NCBI RefSeq assembly: GCF_003790525.1
Contig: NZ_CP033635.1
From: Escherichia coli
GTDB taxonomy: Bacteria; Pseudomonadota; Gammaproteobacteria; Enterobacterales; Enterobacteriaceae
DNA length: 64,000 bases
Strand: one strand, 5' to 3'
In this document: one piece after another, positions 32,297 to 43,453 of the stretch
Position numbering within the stretch: the first letter of the stretch is position 1
Layout: each line of letters opens with the position of its first letter
Program-made: the position numbers and the translations under genes
The notes under the pieces: model-generated
Databases searched by the model: none
What the model was told of the DNA's origin: nothing
What the model saw: only the letters and a program-made list of their open reading frames with translations

Positions 32297-32303
32297 GTTA
32301 GTG

Positions 32304-32819
<516 letters not shown>

Positions 32820-32845
32820 TTAGATCAAAGGAGGAAGAATAAGCA

Positions 32846-32870
32846 GAAAAAGCCCGCCATAACAGCGGGC
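32846..32870 (-). terminator. Rho-independent terminator of ompN
   Basis: GCCCGC TGTTATG GCGGGC hairpin followed on minus strand by TTTTTCTGCTT. Confidence 0.65.
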
Positions 32871-32878
32871 AGGAGGAT

Positions 32879-33997
32879 TTAGAACTGATAAACCAGACCT
32901 AAAGCGACAATATCATCGGTAGAGATGCCGTTGGCAGCGTAGAAGCTGTCATCTTCATCCAACAGGTTGATTTTATAGTCAACGTAGGTGGACATATTTT
33001 TGTTGAAATAGTAAGTCGCGCCAACATCGGCGTATTTAACCAGATCTTTATCACCGTCGGTACCGACCAAATCCTTGCCTTTAGACATCAGGAAAGAGAC
33101 TGCCGGACGCAGCCCAAAATCGAACTGATACTGCGCAGTAACTTCAAAGTTCTGGGTTTTGTTGGCAATCGTATTTGTTGAATCACCGTAAGGTGTCATG
33201 TTACGCGTTTCAGAATACATGGTCGCCAGGTAGATATTGTTAGCATCGTATTTTGCCCCGGCAGTCCAGGCGTCAGCCTTATCGCCTTTTGCGGTAGAGA
33301 ATTCAGCCTGCTGGTTAGTGCGATCGGAGCTGGTATAGGCGGCACCAAAACTCATGCCCATACCTAAGTCGTAGGTAGTGGAGATGCCAAAACCGTCGCC
33401 ATTGGCGTTCTTAATGTTTCGATCACCACCGTTTGCGGTACCTTCTTGCTCATGGGTGACCTGGTTTTCATTCGCGCCCTGGTACTGTAACGCAAAATTC
33501 AGACCATCAACCAGACCGAAGAAATCAGTATTACGATAGGTTGCTACGCCATTGGCTCGACCGGTCATATAGTTATCGGCTTTGGTATAAGAGTCACCAC
33601 CGAATTCCGGTAGCATATCGGTCCAGCCTTCGATGTCGTACATTACGCCATAATTACGACCATAGTCGAATGAACCCAGGTCACCAAATTTCAGACCGGC
33701 AAAAGCAAGACGAGTCCAGGAATCACCTTTATCACCTTCAGAGCCATTAGCCTGCACGTTATATTCCCACTGGCCATACCCAACCAGTTGATCCGTGATT
33801 TGCGTTTCACCCTTAAAACCAAAACGCACGTAAGTTTGATCACCATCACTATTGGTATTATCAGAAAAATAATGCAGGCCATCAACTTTGCCATACAGAT
33901 CTAATTTGTTGCCGTCTTTATTATAAACTTCGGCTGCATGTGCAGCACCTGCGGCGAGCAGGGCAGGAATTAAAAGTGCCAGAACTTTGCTTTTCAT
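32879..33997 (-). CDS. ompN: Outer membrane porin N (OmpC/OmpF family)
   Basis: Signal peptide [21 protein letters not shown]; C-terminal ...GLVYQF. Confidence 0.9.
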   Translation of the reverse strand: MKSKVLALLIPALLAAGAAHAAEVYNKDGNKLDLYGKVDGLHYFSDNTNSDGDQTYVRFGFKGETQITDQLVGYGQWEYNVQANGSEGDKGDSWTRLAFAGLKFGDLGSFDYGRNYGVMYDIEGWTDMLPEFGGDSYTKADNYMTGRANGVATYRNTDFFGLVDGLNFALQYQGANENQVTHEQEGTANGGDRNIKNANGDGFGISTTYDLGMGMSFGAAYTSSDRTNQQAEFSTAKGDKADAWTAGAKYDANNIYLATMYSETRNMTPYGDSTNTIANKTQNFEVTAQYQFDFGLRPAVSFLMSKGKDLVGTDGDKDLVKYADVGATYYFNKNMSTYVDYKINLLDEDDSFYAANGISTDDIVALGLVYQF

Positions 33998-34224
33998 TGA
34001 ATAAATCCTTTAGTTATTTTATTTGCCTTTTATCCCCATTTCGGGGAGTGAAAACATCCTAAAGGAGAAGTTCAGTTAGCCGATAAATATCATTTGTTAC
34101 GCCTTAAGTAAAACCTTAATCAAATAATTCCTCTGAAATGATAATAAGTCTGGTGAATGTATCGAAGATAATACATACAAAATAAAAATTATACTTTTAA
34201 TTTGCTATACGTTATTCTTCGCGG

Positions 34225-34334
34225 GTTATATGCCTTTATTGTCACAGATTTTATTTTCTGTTGGGCCATTGCATTGCCACTGATTTTCCAACATATAAAA
34301 AGACAAGCCCGAACAGTCGTCCGGGCTTTTTTTT
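34225..34334 (+). ncRNA. micC: MicC small regulatory RNA
   Basis: GTTATATGCCTTTATTGTCACAGATTTTATTTTCTGTTGGGCCATTGCATTGCCACTGATTTTCCAACATATAAAAAGACAAGCCCGAACAGTCGTCCGGGCTTTTTTTT matches remembered MicC; divergent from ompN. Confidence 0.9.
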
Positions 34335-34362
34335 AGAATTGGATAATCCTTATCCAGAGCAT

Positions 34363-37300
34363 TTAATCGGTGTTGCTTTTTTCCGCTTTTCCGGCCATTT
34401 GTGCCAGGAAGTCATAGCGTTTTTGCAAATCAGCTGCAGCATCTTTCCATAACTGTTCTGCCACTTCTGGCTGCTGCGAATTCAGACGACGGAAACGTTG
34501 CTCATGAAGTAACGTTTCTTCCAGTGCTTCTGACGGCGGGCGTGAATCCAGTGCCAGCGGCAGTTTGCCTTCATCGGCTCGACGTGGATCAAAGCGATAT
34601 AGCGGCCAGAAGCCGGTAGCAGTGAGTTGGCGCATCTGGTCGTGGCTGAGAGCCAGATCGTAACCATGCTCTTCACACGGGCTATAAGCAATGATCAGCG
34701 ATGGTCCCGGATACGCTTCCGCTTCCTGAATCGCTTTCACCGTCTGGTTCAGCTGCGCGCCGAGAGAAATCTGCGCCACATAAACATGACCGTACATCAT
34801 CATACTGACGCCAAGATCTTTACGCGCTTTACGTTTGCCGTGCTCGCCGAACTTAGTTACTGCACCCAGCGGTGTCGCTTTCGACGCCTGACCACCAGTG
34901 TTGGAATAGCATTGCGTATCCAGCACCAGAATGTTGACGTTTTCCGTCAGGCTCAATACATGATCCAGACCGCCAAAGCCAATATCGTAAGCCCAGCCAT
35001 CGCCACCAATCAGCCAGATTGATTTTTCCACCAGAGCATCTGCGTCACGCAGCAGTTCATGTGCTTCGGCAACATCGTTGAGTTGCTGGCGTAAAGCTGC
35101 AACCTGTTCACGACGAATCTCTGGCGTAGCGTCTGATTTCAACGCAGTCAGTAATTCCGCCGGGATTTTATCGGCAAATTGATCCAGCAGACGCAGCACG
35201 CGGACACGGTGTTGATCGACCGTAAGGCGGAAACCAAGGCCGAATTCGGCGTTATCTTCAAACAGCGAGTTCGCCCATGCCGGTCCACGACCGTTGGCAT
35301 CAGTGGTATATGGTGTGGAGGGCAGGTTACCACCATAAATTGAAGAACAACCCGTAGCGTTAGCGATCAACATCCGATCGCCATAGAGCTGAGTCAGCAA
35401 TTTAATATACGGCGTCTCGCCACAACCGGAGCAAGCACCGGAATATTCAAACAGCGGTGTAATCAGCTGTGATGTACGAATATCAATACGTTCCAGTTTG
35501 CTACGGTCGATTTCTGGCAGGTTGAGGAAGAAATCGTAATTGATTTTCTCTTCTTCGACATGTTCCAGCCGCGACATCATATTGATGGCTTTAATCTCTG
35601 GATTCTGACGGTCTTTCGCCGGGCAAACTTCGACGCACAGGTTACAACCGGTGCAATCTTCCGGAGCCACCTGCAAGACATATTTCTGCCCGCGCATATC
35701 ACGCGATTTCACATCCAGCGAATGCAGGCTGGCAGGGGCGTTTTCCATCGCTTCAGGCGGTACCACTTTTGCGCGAATAGCTGAGTGTGGGCAAGCAGCG
35801 ACGCAGTGGTTACATTGGGTACAGAGTTCCTCTTTCCAGATGGGGATCTCTTCGGCGATATTGCGTTTTTCCCAGCGCGTGGTGCCCATCGGCCAGGTGC
35901 CGTCTGGCGGCAGCGCCGAAACGGGGAGGGCATCACCAAGCCCGGCGAGCATCGCCGCGGTTACGGTTTTCACGAAATCAGGGGCGGCATCGGAAACCAC
36001 TGGCGGTCGATTGGCGCTGTGCGGATTTACTGGTTGCAGCGGAACTTCTTCTACGGATTCACGTGCCAGCGCCAGAGCCTGCCAGTTGCGCTCCACCAGA
36101 TCCTGACCTTTGCTACTGTAACTTTTGGCAATCGCACCCTGCAATTCTGCGAGGGCGCTATCGCCAGGCAGAATTTGCGTCAGATGGAAAAAAGCCATCT
36201 GCATGACGGTATTAATTCGGGCCGCCAGGCCACATTCGCGGGCGATTTTCGCCGCGTTAATCACATAGAAGCGCGCTTTTTTCTGGTTTAACACGGCCTG
36301 AACTTCCTGCGGCAAGCGCGACCACACTTCATCTGCGCTGTACGGCGTGTTGAGCAGGAAAATGCCGCCAGGTTTTAAACGCTCAACCATCTGATATTTG
36401 TCGATAAACTGCAACTGGTGGCAGCCAACAAAATCAGCCTGGGAAATCAGATAAGCGGAACGAATCGGCTGCTCGCTCACGCGAAGGTGAGAAACCGTCA
36501 GGCCGCCCGCCTTTTTGGAGTCGTAAACAAAATAGCCCTGTGCGTACCACGGCGTGGAATTACCGATAATCTTGATATTGTTTTTGGTCGCGGAAACGCT
36601 GCCATCACTACCAAGGCCATAAAACAAGGCTTCAAGTTTCGCCGAGTTTGGCAGGGTGTTTTCCGGCAACGGCAGTGACAGATTGGTCACATCATCGTAA
36701 ATACCAACCGTAAAGCGCGCTTTCGGTTTAGCCGCGTTGAGCTCGGCAAATACCGCCAGTACACAGTCCGGGCCAAATTCTTTGGATGAAAGACCATAGC
36801 GCCCACCAATGACACGGGGCAGGGTTTCGCGCTCGCCATTATTAAAGGCTTCTGCCAGTGCGGTCATCACATCCAGATAGAGCGGTTCTGCCTGGGCACC
36901 GGGTTCTTTGGTTCTGTCCAGTACCGCCACGCTGCGTACGGATCCCGGCAGAGCTTGTAGCAAGTGTTTGGCGGAGAAGGGACGGTACAGGCGAACTTTC
37001 AGCACGCCGACTTTTTCGCCACGGGTTAGCAATTCATCAACCACTTCTTCACAGGTGCCAATGGCTGAGCCCATCAGGATAATCACCCGTTCCGCTTGCG
37101 GATGCCCATAATACTCAAATGGCTGATACTGACGACCTGTCGCGGCAGCGAAATCATTCATCGCCTGTTCAACATGGTCATAGACCGCGTTGTACCAGGG
37201 GTTGGTGGCTTCGCGAGACTGGAAATAAGTGTCAGGATTGGCGGACGTACCGCGGATCACCGGATGTTCCGGGTTGAGCGCCCGGGCGCGATGAGCATCA

Positions 37301-37887
37301 ATTTCGGCCTGCGGCATGAGATCAAGAATAGTGTCATCGGCCAGCGGGACAATTTTATTGATTTCGTGGGACGTGCGGAAACCATCAAAGAAATGAATAA
37401 ATGGCACGCGGCTCTTCAGCGTTGCGATGTGCGAAATGAGAGCAAAGTCTTGCGCTTCCTGGACGTTAGCCGCACACAACATCGCGCAACCCGTCTGGCG
37501 CACCGCCATAACGTCGGAATGATCGCCAAAAATAGAGAGTGCATGTGTGGCAACGGTACGTGCCGCTACATGCAGGACAAACGGTGTGAGTTCGCCTGCC
37601 AGTTTGTACAGCGTCGGGATCATCAGCAGCAAACCCTGCGATGACGTAAACGATGTTGAAAGGGCACCCGTCTGCAAAGCGCCATGCACGGTAGCGATAG
37701 CACCCGCTTCCGACTGCATTTCAACCACGCGTGGTGTGTCTCCCCAAACGTTCTTCAAGCCGTTTCCGGCCCAGGCATCAGCCTGTTCTGCCATCGTGGA
37801 ACTGGGGGTAATAGGGTAGATGGCGATAACTTCACTGGTGCGAAACGCCACCGAAGCAACCGCGCCATTACCGTCAATAGTAATCAT
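34363..37887 (-). CDS. ydbK: Pyruvate:flavodoxin/ferredoxin oxidoreductase (PFOR)
   Basis: 1174 aa; ferredoxin-type clusters CTQCNHCVAACP and CTGCNLCVEVCP; TPP-binding domain. Confidence 0.93.
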   Translation of the reverse strand: MITIDGNGAVASVAFRTSEVIAIYPITPSSTMAEQADAWAGNGLKNVWGDTPRVVEMQSEAGAIATVHGALQTGALSTSFTSSQGLLLMIPTLYKLAGELTPFVLHVAARTVATHALSIFGDHSDVMAVRQTGCAMLCAANVQEAQDFALISHIATLKSRVPFIHFFDGFRTSHEINKIVPLADDTILDLMPQAEIDAHRARALNPEHPVIRGTSANPDTYFQSREATNPWYNAVYDHVEQAMNDFAAATGRQYQPFEYYGHPQAERVIILMGSAIGTCEEVVDELLTRGEKVGVLKVRLYRPFSAKHLLQALPGSVRSVAVLDRTKEPGAQAEPLYLDVMTALAEAFNNGERETLPRVIGGRYGLSSKEFGPDCVLAVFAELNAAKPKARFTVGIYDDVTNLSLPLPENTLPNSAKLEALFYGLGSDGSVSATKNNIKIIGNSTPWYAQGYFVYDSKKAGGLTVSHLRVSEQPIRSAYLISQADFVGCHQLQFIDKYQMVERLKPGGIFLLNTPYSADEVWSRLPQEVQAVLNQKKARFYVINAAKIARECGLAARINTVMQMAFFHLTQILPGDSALAELQGAIAKSYSSKGQDLVERNWQALALARESVEEVPLQPVNPHSANRPPVVSDAAPDFVKTVTAAMLAGLGDALPVSALPPDGTWPMGTTRWEKRNIAEEIPIWKEELCTQCNHCVAACPHSAIRAKVVPPEAMENAPASLHSLDVKSRDMRGQKYVLQVAPEDCTGCNLCVEVCPAKDRQNPEIKAINMMSRLEHVEEEKINYDFFLNLPEIDRSKLERIDIRTSQLITPLFEYSGACSGCGETPYIKLLTQLYGDRMLIANATGCSSIYGGNLPSTPYTTDANGRGPAWANSLFEDNAEFGLGFRLTVDQHRVRVLRLLDQFADKIPAELLTALKSDATPEIRREQVAALRQQLNDVAEAHELLRDADALVEKSIWLIGGDGWAYDIGFGGLDHVLSLTENVNILVLDTQCYSNTGGQASKATPLGAVTKFGEHGKRKARKDLGVSMMMYGHVYVAQISLGAQLNQTVKAIQEAEAYPGPSLIIAYSPCEEHGYDLALSHDQMRQLTATGFWPLYRFDPRRADEGKLPLALDSRPPSEALEETLLHEQRFRRLNSQQPEVAEQLWKDAAADLQKRYDFLAQMAGKAEKSNTD

Positions 37888-38160
37888 ATGACACCCTTAC
37901 ATTGCGCAAATGAGGGGCGCACGAAATTGCTGCGCGCCCAGTAGTTATCTTTCAATTTTAGCAAATGGCTTTCTTCTGCATTTTCGCTTTTGTGTCCCCC
38001 ACATCAGCGTAATGAATGTTTTGATCAAACAGAGGGCAAAAAAATAGCCATAAAAAAGTAAAAATGCGGGGCAACGCGCAGGACAGCTCTCGACGCCGCC
38101 CTCTGTGCTGCCTATTATTTATGGCGGTGTCGTTTGGCTTGAAGATCAGAGGAAGAAAAG

Positions 38161-38427
38161 ATGCGAGCAGCGTTTTGGGTAGGGTGTGCCGCTTTATTAT
38201 TGTCGGCGTGTAGTAGTGAACCTGTTCAGCAGGCGACTGCGGCGCACGTAGCGCCAGGTTTAAAAGCGTCGATGTCCAGTAGTGGAGAAGCAAATTGTGC
38301 AATGATCGGCGGTTCGCTTTCTGTTGCCCGTCAACTGGATGGTACGGCGATTGGGATGTGTGCATTACCCAACGGCAAACGCTGTAGCGAACAGTCACTT
38401 GCCGCCGGGAGCTGTGGCAGCTATTAA
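38161..38427 (+). CDS. ydbJ: Small lipoprotein (DUF333)
   Basis: 88 aa; lipobox LSAC; RBS GAGGAAG; 3' end overlaps hslJ by 4 nt. Confidence 0.8.
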   Translation: MRAAFWVGCAALLLSACSSEPVQQATAAHVAPGLKASMSSSGEANCAMIGGSLSVARQLDGTAIGMCALPNGKRCSEQSLAAGSCGSY

Positions 38428-38846
38428 TTCATTAAATCCGCCAGCTTATAAGTTAATGTCTGTTTCGCGGTCGCCAGCGTTAACTGGTTCGCGGTCAGAT
38501 CCACTTGTGCACCTTCTTTCAGCATTTCGCTAATGGTGTTATCGAGTTCATTAAGCTGCGGGTTAGCGCACATCATACGGGTCATTGCCAGTCCTTTGGC
38601 TGTCAGTTCACCATTAGACAGTTTGCCTTCACCGCTAAAGCGGTTACACATGCTGCCGGAAATCATCATCTTTTCACCAAAGCTGATTTCTGGCGGATTT
38701 TTATCGCTGGTCACGGGCTTACCGTTTACGCTTTCCAGCACAAAGCGATGATGCTGTAGCTGTTCTGGGGTTACAGCAATTTTGTCATTACTTACACATC
38801 CCGCCATCAGCAGGCTTAGCGCAACAAACGCGGCTACTTTCTTCAT
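38424..38846 (-). CDS. hslJ: Heat-shock lipoprotein HslJ (META domain)
   Basis: 140 aa from MKKVAAFVALSLLMAGC (lipobox MAGC). Confidence 0.85.
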   Translation of the reverse strand: MKKVAAFVALSLLMAGCVSNDKIAVTPEQLQHHRFVLESVNGKPVTSDKNPPEISFGEKMMISGSMCNRFSGEGKLSNGELTAKGLAMTRMMCANPQLNELDNTISEMLKEGAQVDLTANQLTLATAKQTLTYKLADLMN

Positions 38847-38956
38847 TGTGGTTCTCAATTACAGTTTCTGACTCAGGACTATTTTAAGAATAGAGGATGA
38901 AAGGTCTTTGGGGATTATCTGAATAAGCTCCCCTGGAATGCAGGGGAGCGGCAAGA

Positions 38957-39946
38957 TTAAACCAGTTCGTTCGGGCAGGTTTCGCCTTTTTCCAGATTGC
39001 TTAAGTTTTGCAGCGTAGTCTGAGAAATACTGGTCAGTGCTTCTGCTGTCAGGAATGCCTGGTGCCCGGTAAACAGCACGTTGTGGCAGGCAGACAGACG
39101 ACGGAATACGTCATCCTGGATCACGTCGTTGGATTTGTCTTCAAAGAACAGATCGCGTTCGTTCTCATACACGTCCATACCCAACGAACCAATTTTCTGA
39201 TTTTTCAGCGCTTCAATTGCTGCCTGAGAATTAATCAATGCACCGCGACTGGTATTGACGATCATCACGCCATTTTTCATCTGATCGAAGGCGGCTTCGT
39301 TCAACAGATGATAGTTTTCCGGTGTCAGCGGGCAGTGCAGAGAGATAACGTCTGATTCAGAGAACAGGGTTGGCAGATCGACATACTCCACACCGAGTTC
39401 CAGCGCCGCCGCACTTGGATACGGATCGAACGCCAGCAGACGCATACCAAAACCTTTCAGAATGCGCAGCATCGCCACACCGATTTTACCAGTACCGATA
39501 ACGCCTGCCGTTTTGCCATACATAGTAAAGCCGGTCAGACCTTCCAGAGAGAAGTTGGCGTCACGGGTACGCTGATACGCGCGGTGAATACGGCGGTTCA
39601 GCGTCATCATCATACCGATGGCATGTTCAGCAACGGCTTCTGGATCATAGGCTGGAACACGGACTACTTTCAGCCCCAGTTCTTTTGCCGCGTCAAGGTC
39701 GACGTTATTGAAACCGGCACAGCGCAGGGCGATATATTTAACGCCGTGCTTTTTCAGCTCTTCCAGCACCGGGCGGCTGCCGTCATCGTTTACGAAAATA
39801 CATACCGCTTCGCAGCCATTGGCAGTTTTAGCGGTTTTTTCCGTCAGCAGAAAGTCAAAAAATTCCAGCTCAAAGCCAAAGGACTCGTTCACCTGTTGCA
39901 GGTACTTCTTGTCGTACTGTTTTGTGCTATAAACGGCGAGTTTCAT
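38957..39946 (-). CDS. ldhA: Fermentative D-lactate dehydrogenase (NAD-dependent)
   Basis: 329 aa; GVIGTGKIG dinucleotide fold; D-2-hydroxyacid dehydrogenase family. Confidence 0.93.
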   Translation of the reverse strand: MKLAVYSTKQYDKKYLQQVNESFGFELEFFDFLLTEKTAKTANGCEAVCIFVNDDGSRPVLEELKKHGVKYIALRCAGFNNVDLDAAKELGLKVVRVPAYDPEAVAEHAIGMMMTLNRRIHRAYQRTRDANFSLEGLTGFTMYGKTAGVIGTGKIGVAMLRILKGFGMRLLAFDPYPSAAALELGVEYVDLPTLFSESDVISLHCPLTPENYHLLNEAAFDQMKNGVMIVNTSRGALINSQAAIEALKNQKIGSLGMDVYENERDLFFEDKSNDVIQDDVFRRLSACHNVLFTGHQAFLTAEALTSISQTTLQNLSNLEKGETCPNELV

Positions 39947-40153
39947 AAGACTTTCTCCAGTGATGTTGAATCACATTTAAGCTACTAAAAATATTTTACA
40001 AAATTTCAAATATAATTGAAAGCTATGGCGATATTGAAAAATTCATCAACAACTATGCTTAGTGTAGGCGCAACCTTCAACTGAACGGTTAAACATGCCA
40101 CAATACCCGTATTGAATGCTTAATTTTTCGCTAAATCAGGATATTAACTACCC

Positions 40154-42793
40154 ATGCTGGGTAAATATAAAGCCGTTCTCGCGCTGTTATTACTGATTAT
40201 TCTTGTGCCGTTGACGCTGCTGATGACGCTCGGGCTGTGGGTTCCTACGCTGGCGGGCATCTGGCTACCGCTCGGGACACGTATTGCATTAGATGAAAGC
40301 CCACGCATTACGCGTAAAGGTTTAATCATTCCCGATCTCCGTTATCTGGTGGGAGATTGTCAGCTTGCGCATATCACCAACGCCAGCCTTTCACATCCCA
40401 GCCGCTGGTTATTGAACGTCGGCACGGTAGAACTTGATTCTGCTTGTCTGGCGAAATTGCCGCAGACGGAGCAATCGCCAGCCGCTCCAAAAACCCTCGC
40501 GCAGTGGCAGGCCATGTTGCCTAACACCTGGATCAATATCGATAAACTGATTTTTTCTCCCTGGCAGGAATGGCAGGGAAAACTCTCTCTCGCATTAACC
40601 TCCGATATCCAGCAACTGCGTTATCAGGGCGAAAAAGTTAAATTTCAAGGCCAGCTGAAAGGGCAACAACTTACAGTCAGCGAACTGGATGTCGTCGCGT
40701 TTGAAAATCAGCCGCCGGTTAAACTGGTGGGGGAATTTACTATGCCGCTCGTGCCGGATGGACTTCCGGTAAGTGGGCATGCTACTGCGACGTTAAACTT
40801 GCCGCAGGAACCGTCACTGGTGGATGCAGAGCTGGACTGGCAGGAAAATAGCGGGCAATTGATCGTGCTGGCACGGGATAACGGCGATCCGTTGCTCGAT
40901 TTGCCGTGGCAAATTACTCGTCAACAATTGACCGTAAGCGATGGTCGCTGGAGCTGGCCGTATGCAGGTTTTCCTTTGAGTGGCCGACTGGGTGTCAAAG
41001 TCGACAACTGGCAGGCAGGGCTCGAGAACGCTCTGGTCAGCGGACGACTGAGTGTGCTGACCCAGGGGCAAGCGGGTAAGGGCAACGCGGTGCTTAATTT
41101 TGGCCCAGGAAAATTAAGCATGGATAACAGCCAGCTGCCTATGCAACTGACCGGTGAAGCGAAACAGGCGGACCTCATTTTATATGCCCGTTTACCTGCG
41201 CAGCTAAGTGGAAGTCTGTCTGACCCAACGTTGACCTTTGAGCCAGGCGCGTTACTTCGTTCAAAGGGAAGAGTCATTGATTCGCTGGACATCGATGAAA
41301 TCCGCTGGCCTTTAGCGGGTGTAAAAGTCACCCAACGTGGTATTGACGGACGTTTGCAGGCCATTTTGCAGGCGCATGAAAATGAACTGGGCGATTTCGT
41401 GCTGCATATGGATGGACTGGCGAATGATTTTCTCCCTGACGCTGGCCGCTGGCAGTGGCGCTACTGGGGAAAAGGCAGTTTTACACCGATGAATGCCACC
41501 TGGGATGTCGCAGGAAAGGGTGAGTGGCATGACAGCACGATTACGCTGACCGATCTCTCCACCGGTTTCGACCAGTTACAATACGGTACGATGACGGTAG
41601 AAAAGCCGCGACTAATTCTCGACAAGCCCGTCGTCTGGGTACGTGACGCACAGCATCCCTCCTTTAGCGGCGCGCTGTCACTGGACGCCGGGCAAACGCT
41701 GTTCACTGGCGGCAGTGTGTTACCGCCATCGACCTTAAAATTTAGCGTCGATGGACGCGATCCGACGTATTTCCTCTTTAAAGGCGATTTACATGCTGGT
41801 GAGATTGGCCCGGTTCGGGTAAATGGTCGCTGGGACGGTATTCGTCTGCGCGGTAACGCCTGGTGGCCTAAACAATCACTGACCGTATTCCAGCCGCTGG
41901 TGCCACCCGACTGGAAGATGAACTTACGCGATGGCGAACTATATGCCCAGGTCGCATTTTCTGCTGCGCCTGAACAAGGATTCCGCGCGGGAGGGCACGG
42001 CGTGTTGAAAGGCGGTAGTGCCTGGATGCCAGATAATCAGGTTAACGGTGTCGATTTTGTCCTGCCTTTCCGTTTTGCCGATGGAGCCTGGCATCTGGGG
42101 ACTCGCGGCCCCGTTACGTTGCGAATTGCCGAAGTGATTAATCTGGTGACAGCGAAAAATATTACGGCTGATTTGCAAGGGCGTTATCCGTGGAGTGAAG
42201 ACGAACCATTGTTGTTGACCGATGTTAGCGTCGATGTGTTAGGCGGTAACGTGCTGATGAAACAATTACGTATGCCGCAACATGACCCGGCGCTGTTGCG
42301 GCTGAATAATCTTTCCTCCAGCGAACTGGTTAGCGCCGTCAATCCGAAACAATTCGCCATGTCCGGGGCATTTAGTGGTGCATTGCCGTTATGGCTAAAC
42401 AACGAAAAATGGATAGTGAAAGATGGTTGGCTGGCAAATAGCGGGCCAATGACCTTGCGGCTGGATAAAGACACCGCAGATGCGGTGGTGAAAGACAATA
42501 TGACTGCGGGTTCAGCAATTAACTGGTTGCGCTATATGGAAATTAGCCGTTCATCGACAAAAATTAATTTAGATAATCTCGGTTTATTAACCATGCAGGC
42601 CAACATTACAGGTACCAGTCGCGTTGATGGTAAAAGCGGTACGGTAAATCTTAATTACCATCATGAAGAGAATATTTTTACGCTGTGGCGCAGTTTACGC
42701 TTTGGCGATAATCTCCAGGCATGGTTGGAGCAGAACGCACGTCTGCCGGGAAATGACTGTCCGCAAGGAAAAGAGTGTGAGGAAAAACAATGA
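40154..42793 (+). CDS. ydbH: AsmA-like large membrane-anchored periplasmic protein
   Basis: 879 aa; N-terminal TM anchor; stop overlaps ynbE start (ATGA). Confidence 0.9.
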   Translation: MLGKYKAVLALLLLIILVPLTLLMTLGLWVPTLAGIWLPLGTRIALDESPRITRKGLIIPDLRYLVGDCQLAHITNASLSHPSRWLLNVGTVELDSACLAKLPQTEQSPAAPKTLAQWQAMLPNTWINIDKLIFSPWQEWQGKLSLALTSDIQQLRYQGEKVKFQGQLKGQQLTVSELDVVAFENQPPVKLVGEFTMPLVPDGLPVSGHATATLNLPQEPSLVDAELDWQENSGQLIVLARDNGDPLLDLPWQITRQQLTVSDGRWSWPYAGFPLSGRLGVKVDNWQAGLENALVSGRLSVLTQGQAGKGNAVLNFGPGKLSMDNSQLPMQLTGEAKQADLILYARLPAQLSGSLSDPTLTFEPGALLRSKGRVIDSLDIDEIRWPLAGVKVTQRGIDGRLQAILQAHENELGDFVLHMDGLANDFLPDAGRWQWRYWGKGSFTPMNATWDVAGKGEWHDSTITLTDLSTGFDQLQYGTMTVEKPRLILDKPVVWVRDAQHPSFSGALSLDAGQTLFTGGSVLPPSTLKFSVDGRDPTYFLFKGDLHAGEIGPVRVNGRWDGIRLRGNAWWPKQSLTVFQPLVPPDWKMNLRDGELYAQVAFSAAPEQGFRAGGHGVLKGGSAWMPDNQVNGVDFVLPFRFADGAWHLGTRGPVTLRIAEVINLVTAKNITADLQGRYPWSEDEPLLLTDVSVDVLGGNVLMKQLRMPQHDPALLRLNNLSSSELVSAVNPKQFAMSGAFSGALPLWLNNEKWIVKDGWLANSGPMTLRLDKDTADAVVKDNMTAGSAINWLRYMEISRSSTKINLDNLGLLTMQANITGTSRVDGKSGTVNLNYHHEENIFTLWRSLRFGDNLQAWLEQNARLPGNDCPQGKECEEKQ

Positions 42794-42975
42794 AAATTTT
42801 ACTGGCTGCGTTGACGTCATCTTTTATGCTGGTTGGCTGTACGCCTCGCATTGAAGTCGCTGCCCCTAAGGAACCGATCACTATCAATATGAACGTTAAA
42901 ATTGAGCATGAGATCATCATCAAGGCAGACAAAGATGTCGAAGAGCTGCTTGAGACCCGTAGCGATCTTTTTTGA
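42790..42975 (+). CDS. ynbE: Small lipoprotein
   Basis: 61 aa; lipobox LVGC. Confidence 0.85.
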   Translation: MKILLAALTSSFMLVGCTPRIEVAAPKEPITINMNVKIEHEIIIKADKDVEELLETRSDLF

Positions 42976-42979
42976 GGTG

Positions 42980-43306
42980 ATGATGAAAAGAACATTACTT
43001 CTTTGTGCATTTCTTGTTGGCTTGGTAAGCAGCAATGTAATGGCATTGACTCTGGATGAAGCCAGAACTCAGGGGCGGGTAGGTGAAACATTTTATGGTT
43101 ATCTGGTTGCGCTGAAAACGGATGCTGAAACAGAGAAATTAGTAACCGACATTAATGCCGAACGTAAAGCGAGTTACCAACAACTGGCAAAGCAAAATAA
43201 TGTGTCGGTAGATGATATCGCGAGACTGGCGGGGCAAAAGCTCGTATCTCGCGCTAAATCAGGAGAATATGTGCAGGGCATTAACGGAAAATGGTTACAG
43301 AAATAA
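42980..43306 (+). CDS. ydbL: Periplasmic protein (DUF1318)
   Basis: 108 aa from MKRTLLLCAFLVGLVSSNVMA; SD GAGGTG. Confidence 0.85.
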   Translation: MMKRTLLLCAFLVGLVSSNVMALTLDEARTQGRVGETFYGYLVALKTDAETEKLVTDINAERKASYQQLAKQNNVSVDDIARLAGQKLVSRAKSGEYVQGINGKWLQK

Positions 43307-43402
43307 GAACGTCTGCCCCGCTTGTTGCGGGTATAGTTCTCTACTACACGACTTCTTTCATCGCAGCCTGGTAGATTCGAACAATTCACACAGGAGGCAA
43401 CA

Positions 43403-43453
43403 ATGAGCTACAAAATAGAATTTCTGCGTTTATTATCGGTTCAAGTAAAATAA
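43403..43453 (+). CDS. Candidate 16-codon small ORF (MSYKIEFLRLLSVQVK) with strong SD
   Basis: AGGAGG 7 nt upstream of ATG, in AT-rich ydbL-ydbA spacer; no other support. Confidence 0.25.
   Translation: MSYKIEFLRLLSVQVK

Noticed and set aside
34401-37944. Many 60-180-aa ORFs antisense or out of frame within ydbK (for example 35651-36106, 35785-36291, 37096-37644)
   Set aside because: Typical of a GC-rich long gene; all lie inside the strongly supported 1174-aa PFOR frame and have no start-site signals.
37900-37945. Imperfect GC-rich inverted repeat upstream of ydbK (GGGGCGCACGAAATTGCTGCGCGCCC)
   Set aside because: The stem is imperfect and it lies in the ydbK 5' region with no adjacent U-tract; insufficient to call a terminator or regulatory site from sequence alone.
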